From an uncultured Actinomycetota bacterium (GTDB lineage: Bacteria > Actinomycetota > Actinomycetes > Propionibacteriales > Nocardioidaceae): DNA of 64,000 nucleotides. The position numbers were made by a program, and so were the translations under genes. This document shows, in pieces, positions 26,824 to 37,095 of the stretch. The first letter of the stretch is position 1. Every line of letters begins with the position of its first letter. The stretch is from assembly GCA_963781695.1 (NCBI GenBank), contig CAWAGE010000001.1, positions 79,127 through 143,126 of the forward strand, read 5' to 3'. Below the pieces are notes generated by a model. That model ran no database searches. It was given only the letters and a program-made list of their open reading frames with translations, and had not been told where the DNA came from.

Positions 26824-28127
26824 CAGATTCCTCCCACGAAGCGGCCCGGCGAGAGCCGGTGGTCCGGGTCGAACTGGTCCTTGACGCGGCGCATCAGGTC
26901 GAGCGCGGGCACCGGGCCCCACAGGTCCACGGCCTGCTTCACCGCCGGTGGCGCGTCCACGACGACCGCGTGGCCCTCGTGCCGGCGGGCGGCGGCCCGC
27001 AGCCGGTGGACGGCCGTGACCACCTCCTCGGTCGGCATCCCGGCGGGCAGCGCCGCATGCACGACCCCGCTCCCGGCCGAGCCGCGCACGTGCGCGCCGA
27101 CCGAGCCGGCGACGCCCAGCACGTGGGCCAGCCCCGACAGCACGAAGGTGAGCCTCAGGCCGGTGTCGCGCTCGCCGTCCCGGCCGAACGGGTACGCCCC
27201 CCACCCCTCGGGCGCGGTCTCGCCCACGGCAACGGTGTCGCTGCCGGTCGCGGCGGCGCCGAGCAGCGTGGCGAGGGTTCTCGCGCGCCCGTCGACGGCG
27301 TCCTGGCGGCCCTCGAGCAGCACGCTCACCGAGCCGCTGACCGAGTCGGCTCCCCGGCCGGCTGCCGGACGGCCACCGACCACCGGCCACTCGACCTCGA
27401 CGGCGCCGGGCACCACCTGGGAGTGCACCGCCGCCTGGACGACGGCGGCAGCCCGGTCCGGGCCGCCGACCTCGACGGTGACCCAGCGCCGCGCCTGCGG
27501 CAGCGGGTGCAGCCGGAACAGCGCCTCGGTGACCACGGCCAGGGTGCCGGCCGAGCCGATCAGCAGCTTGCCCAGGTCGTAGCCGGCCACGTTCTTCACC
27601 ACGCGGCCGCCGGCCTTGGCCACCACGCCGTCGGCGCGGACGACGGTGAGCCCGATCAACAGGTCCCGCGCGGTCCCGGCTGTCAGCCGGGCCGGTCCCG
27701 AGGCGTTGGCGGCCAGCGTCCCGCCGACGCTGGCCCCGGGCACCGTCTCGTCGAGGTGCAGCCGCTGGCCCCCGCGGGCGACGACGTCTTGGAGGTCGCG
27801 CAGACGGGTGCCTGCCTGCGTGGCCACGATCAGGTCACCGGCGGCATGCTCGAGGACCTGGTCCATCGCGGACAGGTCGACGACGAGGTCGGCCGAGCGC
27901 GGCGGCATCCCCCACGACAGCTTGGTGCCGTGACCTCGCGGCACCACGGTGAGCCCGTGGCCGGCAGCGGCCCGCAGCACCTCGGCGACCTGCTCGGTGG
28001 TGGCGGGCCTGGCCACGACGGCCGGGGCGACGCCGTCGACCAGGTCCGACTCGCCGGCGTCGCGGACGTCGGCGCAGGCCGAGCCGACGGCCTCGCGGGC
28101 CGAGGTCGAGACGGTGGTGGTGCTCAT
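26823..28127 (-). CDS. glcE: glycolate oxidase FAD-binding subunit
   Basis: HAAGDL, GGRVVKNVAGYDL, VKDQFDP; lies between glcD and glcF. Confidence 0.88.
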   Translation of the reverse strand: MSTTTVSTSAREAVGSACADVRDAGESDLVDGVAPAVVARPATTEQVAEVLRAAAGHGLTVVPRGHGTKLSWGMPPRSADLVVDLSAMDQVLEHAAGDLIVATQAGTRLRDLQDVVARGGQRLHLDETVPGASVGGTLAANASGPARLTAGTARDLLIGLTVVRADGVVAKAGGRVVKNVAGYDLGKLLIGSAGTLAVVTEALFRLHPLPQARRWVTVEVGGPDRAAAVVQAAVHSQVVPGAVEVEWPVVGGRPAAGRGADSVSGSVSVLLEGRQDAVDGRARTLATLLGAAATGSDTVAVGETAPEGWGAYPFGRDGERDTGLRLTFVLSGLAHVLGVAGSVGAHVRGSAGSGVVHAALPAGMPTEEVVTAVHRLRAAARRHEGHAVVVDAPPAVKQAVDLWGPVPALDLMRRVKDQFDPDHRLSPGRFVGGI

Positions 28128-29668
28128 CAGAACACCTCCGCCAGGCCGGCTTCCTGCAGCGGGTGGGCCCCCTGGTGCCGACCCGGCACCTCACCGCACA
28201 GCCGTGGGGTCGGGAACACCTTGCCGGGGTTCGAGAGGTGGCGCGGGTCGAAGGCGCACCGGACCAGCTGCATGGTGTCGAGATCCTCCTCGCTGTACAT
28301 GCGCGGCATGTACTTCGCCTTGTCCATGCCGACCCCGTGCTCGCCGGTGATCGACCCGCCGTGCTCGATGCAGAGGTCGAGGATCGCGCCGCTGACCCTC
28401 TCGGCGGCCTCCCCCTCGCCCTCCTTGGAGTCGTCGAAGAGCACCAGCGGGTGCAGGTTGCCGTCGCCCGCGTGGAACACGTTGGCGACCCGCACCCCGG
28501 ACGTCCCGGACAGCTCCGCGATCGCGGTCAGCACCTCGGGCAGCGCGGTCCGCGGGATCACGCCGTCCTGGACGATGTAGTCGGGGCTGATCCGGCCCAC
28601 CGCGGCGAACGCGGACTTGCGGCCCTTCCAGATCAGCGCACGCTCGGTCGGGTCGGTGGCCAGCCGCAGCTCGAAGGAGCCGTTCTCCCGGCACAGCCGC
28701 TCGACCTCGTCGTACTCCGCGGCCACCTCGGCGGCCGCGCCGTCGAGCTCGATGACCAGGACGGCGCCGGCTCCCTGGGGGTAGCCGCACTGCACCGCGG
28801 CCTCGGCGGCCTCGATGGCCAGGGCGTCCATCATCTCGATGGCGGCCGGGACGATGCCGGCGGCGATGATCGCCGAGGTGGCCGCTCCGGCCTGGTCCGT
28901 GCTCGCGAAGCCCACGAGCAGGGTGCGGACCTCCTCCGGGAGGCGGGTCAGCCGGACGGTGACGCTGGTCACCACCCCAAGGGTCCCCTCCGAGCCCACC
29001 ACGGCGCCGAGCAGGTCGTAGCCGGGGGCGTCCGGGGCCGCGCCGCCGAGCTGGACGACGTCTCCCTGCGGGCTGACGAACTCGGCACCGAGGACGTGGT
29101 TGGTGGTGAAGCCGTACTTCAGGCAGTGCGCGCCGCCGGAGTTCTCCGCGACGTTCCCGCCGATCGAGCAGATCTGCTGGCTGGAGGGGTCCGGCGCGTA
29201 GTAGTAGCCCTGTGGCGCGACCGCCTTGGTCACGTCGAGGTTGATGACCCCGGGCTCGACCACCGCGCGCTGGTCCTCGATCCGCACCTGGCGGATGGCG
29301 CGCATCCGCGAGGTGACCACGAGCACGCCCTCGGCGTGCGGGAGGGCACCGCCCGAGAGCCCCGTCCCGGCTCCACGGGCGACGAACGGGACGCCGTGCT
29401 CGGCACAGGCCCGGACGACGGCTGCCAGCTGGCGGGTGTCCTCGGGCAGCACGACGAGGGCCGGGGTCACCCGGTAGTGGGCCAGCCCGTCGCACTCGTA
29501 CGTGCGCAGCCGGGTGTGGTCGTCGATCACACCTGCCGCCGGGAGCAGCTCCCGGGCGAGGGCGGCCACGGCCGCGATCCCCGGCGCCGTGCCGACGGCC
29601 GCGGTAGTCGTCGGGCTGCTCGTCGGGGCGGTCGTGCCGCGTGCCTCGGGCTGCCGGTCGGTGACCAT
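28127..29668 (-). CDS. glcD: glycolate oxidase subunit GlcD (FAD-linked oxidase)
   Basis: YECDG, PDPSSQQICSIGGN, HCLKYG, HAGDGNLHP, GEHGVG. Confidence 0.9.
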   Translation of the reverse strand: MVTDRQPEARGTTAPTSSPTTTAAVGTAPGIAAVAALARELLPAAGVIDDHTRLRTYECDGLAHYRVTPALVVLPEDTRQLAAVVRACAEHGVPFVARGAGTGLSGGALPHAEGVLVVTSRMRAIRQVRIEDQRAVVEPGVINLDVTKAVAPQGYYYAPDPSSQQICSIGGNVAENSGGAHCLKYGFTTNHVLGAEFVSPQGDVVQLGGAAPDAPGYDLLGAVVGSEGTLGVVTSVTVRLTRLPEEVRTLLVGFASTDQAGAATSAIIAAGIVPAAIEMMDALAIEAAEAAVQCGYPQGAGAVLVIELDGAAAEVAAEYDEVERLCRENGSFELRLATDPTERALIWKGRKSAFAAVGRISPDYIVQDGVIPRTALPEVLTAIAELSGTSGVRVANVFHAGDGNLHPLVLFDDSKEGEGEAAERVSGAILDLCIEHGGSITGEHGVGMDKAKYMPRMYSEEDLDTMQLVRCAFDPRHLSNPGKVFPTPRLCGEVPGRHQGAHPLQEAGLAEVF

Positions 29669-29693
29669 GCCGAGCGCCTCACTTTCGTCCACA

Positions 29694-29708
29694 TTCCACA
29701 TGGCAGAA
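29694..29708. promoter_or_regulatory. putative IclR operator upstream of glcD
   Basis: TTCCACATGGCAGAA matches the TTC-N9-GAA dyads upstream of glcB. Confidence 0.55.
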
Positions 29709-29790
29709 GAAGATTTCCGCAACCGCACCTTAGGGTGTGCTCCGCGTCACCTCCAAACCGGTGCGTGCCGGAGCGACCCGTCGTCCCGGC

Positions 29791-30219
29791 TCAGTCGGGC
29801 TGGGCGACCAGCCCGGCGCGCCCGATCCCCGCGACGGCGGCCGCCTCGTCGTTGTCCGAGGTGTCCCCGGTGACGCCGACCGCACCCAGCAGGGCGCCGT
29901 CCGCGTCGCGGACCAGCACCCCTCCGGGCACCGGGACCAGCGACCCGCCGACGGCCGAGGTCACCGCGGCGACGAAGTACGGCTGCTGCTCGGCGCGGGC
30001 CATGATCGAGCGCGACCCCATCCCCAGCGACAGGGCCCCGGACGCCTTGCCGACGGCGATCTCGAACCGGCTCATCGACGACCCGTCCTCGCGCTCGGCG
30101 GCCACGACGTGGCCTCCCGGGTCGAGGACGACCACGGTCAGCGGCTTCAGGCCCGCGTCGGCCGCGTGCTCGCGGGCACCGGCGACGATGCTCCGGGCGG
30201 TGTCCAGGTCGATGCTCAT
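29791..30219 (-). CDS. glcG: GlcG/HbpS-family heme-binding protein
   Basis: VVLDPGGH, IAVGKA, GGVLV..GAVGVTG; ATG overlaps the glcB stop. Confidence 0.88.
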   Translation of the reverse strand: MSIDLDTARSIVAGAREHAADAGLKPLTVVVLDPGGHVVAAEREDGSSMSRFEIAVGKASGALSLGMGSRSIMARAEQQPYFVAAVTSAVGGSLVPVPGGVLVRDADGALLGAVGVTGDTSDNDEAAAVAGIGRAGLVAQPD

Positions 30220-32396
30220 CACGAGGCCTTCCGCTCGGTGGTCTTCCGGCTGGCCCGCCGGCGGTGGAGGATCGGCTCGGTGTAGCCGCTCGGCTGGCGC
30301 AGGCCCTCGAGGACCAGCTCCCGAGCCGCCAGGAACGCCTCGCCGTCGAAGCCTGGCGCCATCGCCTGGTAGGTCGGGTCGGCGGCGTTCTGCTCGTCGA
30401 CCACCGACGCCATCCGGCGCAGCGTCTCCTCGACCTGGTCGGTGCTGACGACGCCGTGGTGCAGCCAGTTCGCCACGTGCTGGGCGGAGATCCGGCAGGT
30501 CGCGCGGTCCTCCATCAGCGGCTCGCCGGTGATGTCGGGGACCTTGGAGCACCCGATGCCGGCGTCGACCCAGCGGACGACGTACCCGAGCAGGCTCTGG
30601 AGGTTGTTGTCGATCTCGGCCTGACGGTCCTGCTCGGACCAGGTGGCCGGGTCCCCCAGCGGGATGGCCAGCAGGTCGGACCGCCGCGCCCGACGTCCAC
30701 CGGCCCGCAGCTCCTCCTGGCGCGCTCGCACGTCGACCTGGTGGTAGTGGGTCGCGTGGATCGTGGCCGCGGTCGGCGACGGCACCCAGGCGCAGCTCGC
30801 ACCGGCCCGCGGATGCCCGATCTTGGCCTCCAGCATGTCGGCCAGGCTGTCGGGCGCTGCCCACATCCCCTTGCCGATCTGGGCGCGACCGAGCAGTCCG
30901 CACTCCAGGCCGATGTCGACGTTGGAGTCCTCGTAGGTCTTGATCCAGGTCTCGCCCTTCATGTCGTTCTTGCGGACGACTGGCCCGGCCAGCATCGAGG
31001 TGTGGATCTCGTCTCCGGTGCGGTCCAGGAAGCCGGTGTTGATGAACACGACCCGATCCCGGGCGGCCTCGATGCAGGCCTTCAGGTTGAGGCTCGTGCG
31101 ACGCTCCTCGTCCATGATGCCGACCTTGACGGTCAGCGGCGGCAGCCCGAGGACCTGCTCGACCCGGCCGAAGAGCTCGACGGCGAAGGCGACCTCCTCG
31201 GGACCGTGCATCTTCGGCTTCACGACGTACATCGAGCCGGTGCGCGAGTTCGCCAGCTCCGACTCGCCTCGCAGGTCCCGCATGCTGCCGAGCGCGGTGA
31301 CCAGGGCGTCGAGGATGCCCTCGGGCACCTCGTTGCCGTCGCGGTCGAGCACCGCGTCGGTGGTCATCAGGTGGCCGACCTGGCGGATGAACAGCAGGGA
31401 CCGGCCCCGCAGCGCGACCTCGCCACCGCCCGGTGCGGTGTAGCGGCGATCCGGGTTCATCGCCCGGGTGAAGGTCCTGCCGTTCTTGGTGACCTCCTCC
31501 GCGAGCGTGCCGCCCATCAGCTGCAGCCAGTTGCGGTACCCGACGACCTTGTCCTCGGCGTCCACCGCGGCCACGGAGTCCTCGAGGTCCATGATCGTGG
31601 ACACCGCGGACTCCAGCACCAGGTCCTTCACGCCGGCGGCGTCGGTGGAGCCGATCGGGTCGGAGCGGTCGACCGCGATCTCGACGTGCAGGTGGTGGTG
31701 CACCAGCACCACAGCCTCCGGCGCGCTCGCCTCGCCCCGGTAGCCCACCAGCTGCGAGGGGTCGGCGAGCCGGACCACGCCCTCCTTGAGGGTGACGGCC
31801 AGCCCCTCGTCGTCCACGGCGTACGACGTGGCGTCGGCGTGGGAGCCGCTCGCCAGCGCGAAGCCCTCGTCGAGCAGCGCCCGCCCGCGGGCGATGACCT
31901 CGGCGCCGCGGACGGCGTTGTAGGTGTCGGCCGGCGCCAGGTCGCCCTCACGGGGGATCACGTCGGACCCGTAGAGCGCGTCGTAGAGCGAGCCCCAGCG
32001 GGCGTTCACTGCGTTCGTGGCGAAGCGCGCGTTCAGCAGCGGGACCACCAGCTGCGGGCCGGCGACCAGGGCCACCTCGTCGTCGACGTTCTCGGTGCCG
32101 ACCGTGACCTCGGCGGGCTCCTCGAGCAGGTAGCCGATCTCGGTGAGGAACGCGGCGTAGGCCTCCGGGTCCGGAATGCCGGGCCGCTCGGCGTGGAAGG
32201 CGTCGATCCGGGTCTGCAGCTCGTCGCGACGGGCGAGCAGCTCGCGGTTACGCGGCGCCAGGTCGTGGATCAGCGCGTCGGCACCGTCCCAGAACACCTG
32301 GGGGTCCACACCCGAGCCGGGCAGGGCCTCCTCGGTGATGAAGCGGTGAAGGCTGTCAGCGACGCTGAGGCCGCCGGTCTGCACGCGGTTGTCCAT
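30219..32396 (-). CDS. glcB: malate synthase G
   Basis: [43 protein letters not shown]. Confidence 0.95.
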   Translation of the reverse strand: MDNRVQTGGLSVADSLHRFITEEALPGSGVDPQVFWDGADALIHDLAPRNRELLARRDELQTRIDAFHAERPGIPDPEAYAAFLTEIGYLLEEPAEVTVGTENVDDEVALVAGPQLVVPLLNARFATNAVNARWGSLYDALYGSDVIPREGDLAPADTYNAVRGAEVIARGRALLDEGFALASGSHADATSYAVDDEGLAVTLKEGVVRLADPSQLVGYRGEASAPEAVVLVHHHLHVEIAVDRSDPIGSTDAAGVKDLVLESAVSTIMDLEDSVAAVDAEDKVVGYRNWLQLMGGTLAEEVTKNGRTFTRAMNPDRRYTAPGGGEVALRGRSLLFIRQVGHLMTTDAVLDRDGNEVPEGILDALVTALGSMRDLRGESELANSRTGSMYVVKPKMHGPEEVAFAVELFGRVEQVLGLPPLTVKVGIMDEERRTSLNLKACIEAARDRVVFINTGFLDRTGDEIHTSMLAGPVVRKNDMKGETWIKTYEDSNVDIGLECGLLGRAQIGKGMWAAPDSLADMLEAKIGHPRAGASCAWVPSPTAATIHATHYHQVDVRARQEELRAGGRRARRSDLLAIPLGDPATWSEQDRQAEIDNNLQSLLGYVVRWVDAGIGCSKVPDITGEPLMEDRATCRISAQHVANWLHHGVVSTDQVEETLRRMASVVDEQNAADPTYQAMAPGFDGEAFLAARELVLEGLRQPSGYTEPILHRRRASRKTTERKAS

Positions 32397-32415
32397 GCCA
32401 GTCCCTTGCATCGAA

Positions 32416-32478
32416 TTCCGTCACGTGGAAGTTATATTCTCACTGACGGAAACTAGGCACCCAACGCCCCGTTGTCAA
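32416..32478 (-). promoter_or_regulatory. sigma-A promoter of glcB with two putative IclR operators
   Basis: Minus strand TTGACA (32473-32478), N17, TAGTTT (32450-32455); dyads TTCCGTCACGTGGAA (32416-32430) and TTCTCACTGACGGAA (32437-32451). Confidence 0.75.
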
Positions 32479-32580
32479 CCGGCTCGTCACGTCCTACCGG
32501 ATGGAACCGTCCGAGGCATGCCCCCTCGACGGCCGGGGTAACGCCACCGTCCACCCCCTTCCCGGACAGGAGACCAGGAC

Positions 32581-33588
32581 ATGCGCTGCCCCGCTGCCCG
32601 TGGCGACCTCGGCTCGATGCTGCGCAGCGCGCTGCTCGGTCGCACCGAGCTCGAGACCAGCCCCTTCGCCGAGATCGCCGCAGCCGTCCCCGACGACCGG
32701 CTGCTCTCCGACGACGACGCCCAGCTCACGCTGTGGACGCTCTACGAGCTGCACTACCGCGGCTTCAGCGACGTCTCGGCCGACCGGGAGTGGGACCCAT
32801 CGCTGCTGGCGGCCCGTCGGGTGCTGGAGACGGCCTTCGAGCGGGCGCTGCGGGCCCGGACCGGGACGGTGGTAACCCGGGCGCTCGCCGCGCCCGGCAC
32901 CCTGGCGGAGCGGGTCTTCGCCATGGTCGCCGCCGACGACGGCCCCGCCCTCGCGGCCTACCTGCACCGCCGGGCCACCCGGGAGCAGGTCGTGGAGTTC
33001 CTGCGCGAGCGCAGCGTCTTCCACCTCAAGGAGTCCGACCCGCAGACGTTCGTGCTGGCCCGGCTGGACGGACCGGCCAAGACCGCGCTCGCGGAGCTGC
33101 TGTACGACGAGTTCGGGGGCGGACGGCCCGAGCGGCTGCACGCCACGATGTTCGCCGACACCCTGCGGGCGGCAGGGCTGGACGCCCGCTACGGCACCTA
33201 CGTGGAGGAGGTCGACGCGACGACCCTGGCGGTCAACAACGCCATGTCGCTGTTCGGCCTGCACCGCCGGCTCCGTGGGGCCGCGATGGGACACCTGGCC
33301 GCGTTCGAGGCGACCAGCTCGGTGCCGTCGCGCAAGATCGCGGCCGGCCTGCGCCGGGTCGGCCTCCCCGAGGCGGCCGCGCTGTACTTCGACGAGCACG
33401 TGGAGGCCGACTCCGTCCACGAGCAGCTCGCGGTGCGCTCCATCTGCGAGTCGCTGGTGGCGGCCGACCCTGCGCTGGAGCGCGACGTGCTGTTCGGGGT
33501 CGCCACCTGCCTGGACCTCGACGCCCTGGCCGGCGCCGTCCAGCTGTCCCGGTGGCAGGACGCCCCGGCCGTCGCGGTGGCATCGTGA
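32581..33588 (+). CDS. heme-oxygenase-like diiron enzyme (iron-containing redox enzyme family)
   Basis: HLKESDP, YDEFGGG..RLH, AFEATS, FDEHVEADSVH metal-ligand pattern. Confidence 0.85.
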   Translation: MRCPAARGDLGSMLRSALLGRTELETSPFAEIAAAVPDDRLLSDDDAQLTLWTLYELHYRGFSDVSADREWDPSLLAARRVLETAFERALRARTGTVVTRALAAPGTLAERVFAMVAADDGPALAAYLHRRATREQVVEFLRERSVFHLKESDPQTFVLARLDGPAKTALAELLYDEFGGGRPERLHATMFADTLRAAGLDARYGTYVEEVDATTLAVNNAMSLFGLHRRLRGAAMGHLAAFEATSSVPSRKIAAGLRRVGLPEAAALYFDEHVEADSVHEQLAVRSICESLVAADPALERDVLFGVATCLDLDALAGAVQLSRWQDAPAVAVAS

Positions 33589-33824
33589 CCGGCCACTGGC
33601 GTCACGAGCCCGACGTCACCCCGGTGGCCGACCCCGAGAACGCACCGATGGTGGTCGAGGAGTGCCCGGACGGCCCGCTCCTGCTGCGCGGCGCCGCGGG
33701 CGTGCTCGACCAGGACGGCGTCCTGCACGAGGCCGCCCGCCCGGTGGTGGCGGTCTGCCGGTGCGGCCGCTCCCAGCGCCGCCCGTGGTGCGACGGCACC
33801 CACAAGGCGGTGCGTCGTGACTGA
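33585..33824 (+). CDS. CDGSH (2Fe-2S) domain protein
   Basis: CPDGPLLLRG and CRCGRS..PWCDGTH; GTG overlaps the upstream stop. Confidence 0.88.
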   Translation: MTGHWRHEPDVTPVADPENAPMVVEECPDGPLLLRGAAGVLDQDGVLHEAARPVVAVCRCGRSQRRPWCDGTHKAVRRD

Positions 33825-34431
33825 GACGATGGGCTTCGGCGGGCTCGCCATCGCCTTCGACGACCGGGTGCTGCGTCCCCGACCCTGGACGCTCGCGCAG
33901 TCGGCGTGGGCCGCGGAGCTGGCAGCCACCGTCCCTGCCGGGCCCGCGCTCGAGCTGTGCTCCGGCGCCGGGCACATCGGGCTCGCGTTCGCGGCCACCT
34001 CCGGGCGGCGCCTCGTCATGGTGGATGCCGACCCGACGGCCTGCCGGTTCGCCCGCGGCAACGTCGCGTCCGCCGGGCTGTCGGCACGGGTCGAGGTCCG
34101 CACCGGCGACCTCGCCCGGGCACTGGCCACCGACGAGCGGTTCGCCGTCGCCATCGCCGACCCGCCCTACCTCCCCTCCGCCGAGACCTCCCGCTTCCCC
34201 GAGGACCCGCTGGCCGCCGTCGACGGCGGCCGGGACGGCCTCGCCGTCGCCCGCGCGTGCCTGGAGGTGCTCGAGGCGCACCTGGCCGACGGTGGCGTCG
34301 CGGTCCTGCAGCTGCGCGACGCGAGCCAGGCGGCCGCGGTCACCGACCATCTCGCCCGGAGCACCGGCCGACTCCGGGCGGTGGAGAGCCGCGTCGTCGG
34401 AGACGGCGCGCTGGTGCAGCTGCGCTGCTGA
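33817..34431 (+). CDS. HemK/MTQ2-like class I SAM methyltransferase
   Basis: LELCSGAG, ADPPY, VDGGRDG. Confidence 0.85.
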   Translation: MTETMGFGGLAIAFDDRVLRPRPWTLAQSAWAAELAATVPAGPALELCSGAGHIGLAFAATSGRRLVMVDADPTACRFARGNVASAGLSARVEVRTGDLARALATDERFAVAIADPPYLPSAETSRFPEDPLAAVDGGRDGLAVARACLEVLEAHLADGGVAVLQLRDASQAAAVTDHLARSTGRLRAVESRVVGDGALVQLRC

Positions 34432-34519
34432 GCCCGGGCGCGTCCCTACGGGGCCACCGCGACGCCCGGGATCCTGACCCCGGAGGACCTCGTCCCTGAC
34501 GTCCGCCCAGAATCCCGTC

Positions 34520-36772
34520 ATGACCTCCGGTACCGACCCCGTCCGCACGATCCACCTCCGGCGCGGCGGGACCAGTCTCGTGCTCCGTCTCGATGAGCAC
34601 TGGCTGCCCTGCGTCCTGCACTGGGGCCCCGACCTCGGCGAGCTGACGGCCGACGAGCTGGCGAGCCTGCTGCGGTCGACGCGGATGCCCTTCGTGGACA
34701 GCCACCTGAACTCCCAGGAGGCCGTGGCCGTGCTGCCGCAGCACTCCTCGGGTTGGCTCGGGCGCCCCGGGCTGCTCGGCAGCCGTGACGGGCGTGCGTG
34801 GTCGGTGGACTTCGACCAGGTGACCCACCTGGTCCAGGAGCGGGGTGACCGGCAGTGGCCCGACGGTCCGGTCGGGGCGGTGCGGCTGCTCAGCACCGGG
34901 GTCGACCGCCGCTGCGGCGTGAGCGTGGCGACCGAGCTGGAGCTGGGCGAGTCGGGCCTGGTGCGGCTGCGCGCCTCGGTGACCAACGACGGCGACGAAA
35001 CCTACGAGGTCGTCCACCTCGAGCCCGCCCTCCCCGTCCCGGCCGACGCCACCGAGGTCCTCGACATGGGCGGCCGCCACACGCACGAGCGGACCCCGCA
35101 ACGCCGCACGCTGGGGATCGGGCAGTGGACCCGCGAGGCGTGGGGCGGAAGGCCCGGTCACGACGCCGCGACCGTGCTGTGCGCCGGCGAGCCCGGCTTC
35201 GCGTTCCGGTCCGGCCGGGTCTGGGGCGTGCACCTCGCCTGCAGCGGCAACCAGGTGGTGACCGCCGAGAGCACCAACGGCGGCTGGCGGCTGCTGCGAG
35301 GCGGGGAGCGGCTGCTGCCCCGCGAGGGCACGCTGGCCCCCGGTGGCACGTACACCTCGCCGTGGCTGCTCGGCTCCTGGGGCGAGGGGCTCGACGAGTT
35401 CTCTCACCGCTTCCACCGGTTCCTGCGCTCCCGGCCGCAGCACCCGTCTCGGCCCCGGCCGGTGCTGCTCAACACCTGGGAGGCGGTGTACTTCGACCAC
35501 GACCTCGACACGCTGCTCGAGCTGGCGGACCGGGCCGCGGAGATCGGCATCGAGCGGTTCGTGCTCGACGACGGTTGGTTCCGGGGCCGCCGCGACGACC
35601 ACGCCGGCCTCGGCGACTGGTACGTCGACGAGTCGGTGTGGCCCATGGGCCTGCATCCGCTCGTGGACCGGGTCCACACCCACGGCATGGAGTTCGGCCT
35701 CTGGTTCGAGCCCGAGATGGTCAACCTCGACTCCGACCTCGCGCGCGACCACCCCGAGTGGCTGTTCGCGACCGAGCACGGGCCCGGGATCTCCTCCCGC
35801 TTCCAGCACGTGCTCGACCTGGGCCACCCCGAGGCCTACGACTACGTCCGCGACCGGGTCTCGAGCCTGGTCGAGGAGTACGGCATCGCCTACCTCAAGT
35901 GGGACCACAACCGGCCACTGGTCGACGCCGGTCACTCCCCGACCTTCGAGCCCGGCGTCCACGTCCACACCGAGGCTCTGTACCGGCTGCTGGCCGAGCT
36001 GCGGCGCGCCCATCCCGGCCTGGAGATCGAGTCCTGCTGCGGTGGCGGCGGCCGAATCGACCTCGGCATCCTGGAGCACACCGACCGGGTGTGGGTCTCG
36101 GACTGCATCGACGCCCACGAGCGGCACCGGCTGGTGAGGTGGACCGGCCTGACGCTGCCGCCGGAGCTGATGGGGACCCACGTCGGGTCAGGGCAGGACC
36201 ACAGCACCGGTCGCCTGCTGGGGCTGGACTTCCGCGCCGGAACCGCGATGTGGGGCCACCTCGGTGTGGAGTGGGACCTGACCACCGCCGAGGAGGGCCA
36301 GCGGGCGCGGCTCGCGGAGTGGATCGCGTTCCACAAGGAGCACCGTTCGCTGCTGCACACCGGCACGGTGGTCCACGCCGACCTGGCCAACGACGCCCTG
36401 GCTCTGGAGGGCGTGGTGGCCGCCGACGGCAGCCGGGCACTGTACCGACTCTCGGCCCTGGACCACTCCGCGGTGTGGCCGCCCGGCCGCGTCCCCCTGC
36501 CCGGCCTCGACCCGCAGCGGACCTACGAGGTCTCGATCGCCCCCCCGGGCGGCACGGCGCTCGCCGACCAGCCGCCGGCCTGGCGGGGGCAGCCCCTGGT
36601 GCAGCGTGGGAGGCTGCTCGACGAGGTCGGGGTCCAGGCGCCGCTCGTCCAGACCGACCAGCTCGTGCTGATCAGCGCGCAGGCGGTCGCAGCGAAGCCC
36701 GCCGGCCCGGCGACCCGGTCCGCCGACCAAGATCGGGCTCAGCGGCTCGACGGCCCGGCGGCTCGGCGTTGA
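34520..36772 (+). CDS. alpha-galactosidase, GH36
   Basis: LLNTWEAVYF, FVLDDGWF, FGLWFEPEM, YLKWDHN, RVWVSD. Confidence 0.92.
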   Translation: MTSGTDPVRTIHLRRGGTSLVLRLDEHWLPCVLHWGPDLGELTADELASLLRSTRMPFVDSHLNSQEAVAVLPQHSSGWLGRPGLLGSRDGRAWSVDFDQVTHLVQERGDRQWPDGPVGAVRLLSTGVDRRCGVSVATELELGESGLVRLRASVTNDGDETYEVVHLEPALPVPADATEVLDMGGRHTHERTPQRRTLGIGQWTREAWGGRPGHDAATVLCAGEPGFAFRSGRVWGVHLACSGNQVVTAESTNGGWRLLRGGERLLPREGTLAPGGTYTSPWLLGSWGEGLDEFSHRFHRFLRSRPQHPSRPRPVLLNTWEAVYFDHDLDTLLELADRAAEIGIERFVLDDGWFRGRRDDHAGLGDWYVDESVWPMGLHPLVDRVHTHGMEFGLWFEPEMVNLDSDLARDHPEWLFATEHGPGISSRFQHVLDLGHPEAYDYVRDRVSSLVEEYGIAYLKWDHNRPLVDAGHSPTFEPGVHVHTEALYRLLAELRRAHPGLEIESCCGGGGRIDLGILEHTDRVWVSDCIDAHERHRLVRWTGLTLPPELMGTHVGSGQDHSTGRLLGLDFRAGTAMWGHLGVEWDLTTAEEGQRARLAEWIAFHKEHRSLLHTGTVVHADLANDALALEGVVAADGSRALYRLSALDHSAVWPPGRVPLPGLDPQRTYEVSIAPPGGTALADQPPAWRGQPLVQRGRLLDEVGVQAPLVQTDQLVLISAQAVAAKPAGPATRSADQDRAQRLDGPAARR

Positions 36773-36843
36773 CCGGCACCACCGGTCGCGGAACGCTGTC
36801 CTCGCCACCTCCGCAACAGCCGGACCAGAACAAGGGCAGTCCC

Positions 36844-37026
36844 GTGACCCACTCCACGACCCAGGACAGCCTCACCGCTCTCAGCCGGGCGTCGGCTGCC
36901 ACCGGACAGCTCATCGACGGCATCCGCGCCGACCAGTGGGGCGTCGCGACCGGCTGTCCCGGCTGGACCGTGCGGGACCTGGCCCGACGGCTCGCGGCAC
37001 TCCTCGGTCGCTCGCCGCAGCCCTGA
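36844..37026 (+). pseudogene. truncated TIGR03086/MDMPI N-terminal-domain protein
   Basis: DQWGVATGCPGWTVRDL motif, then the resemblance is lost and a stop follows at 60 aa. Confidence 0.65.
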
Positions 37027-37095
37027 GCACCCCGCCCGGGCACCCCGCTCCGGGCGCACGCCGCCTGACGCGGCGGCGCGTCCCGGGCTACCGCG

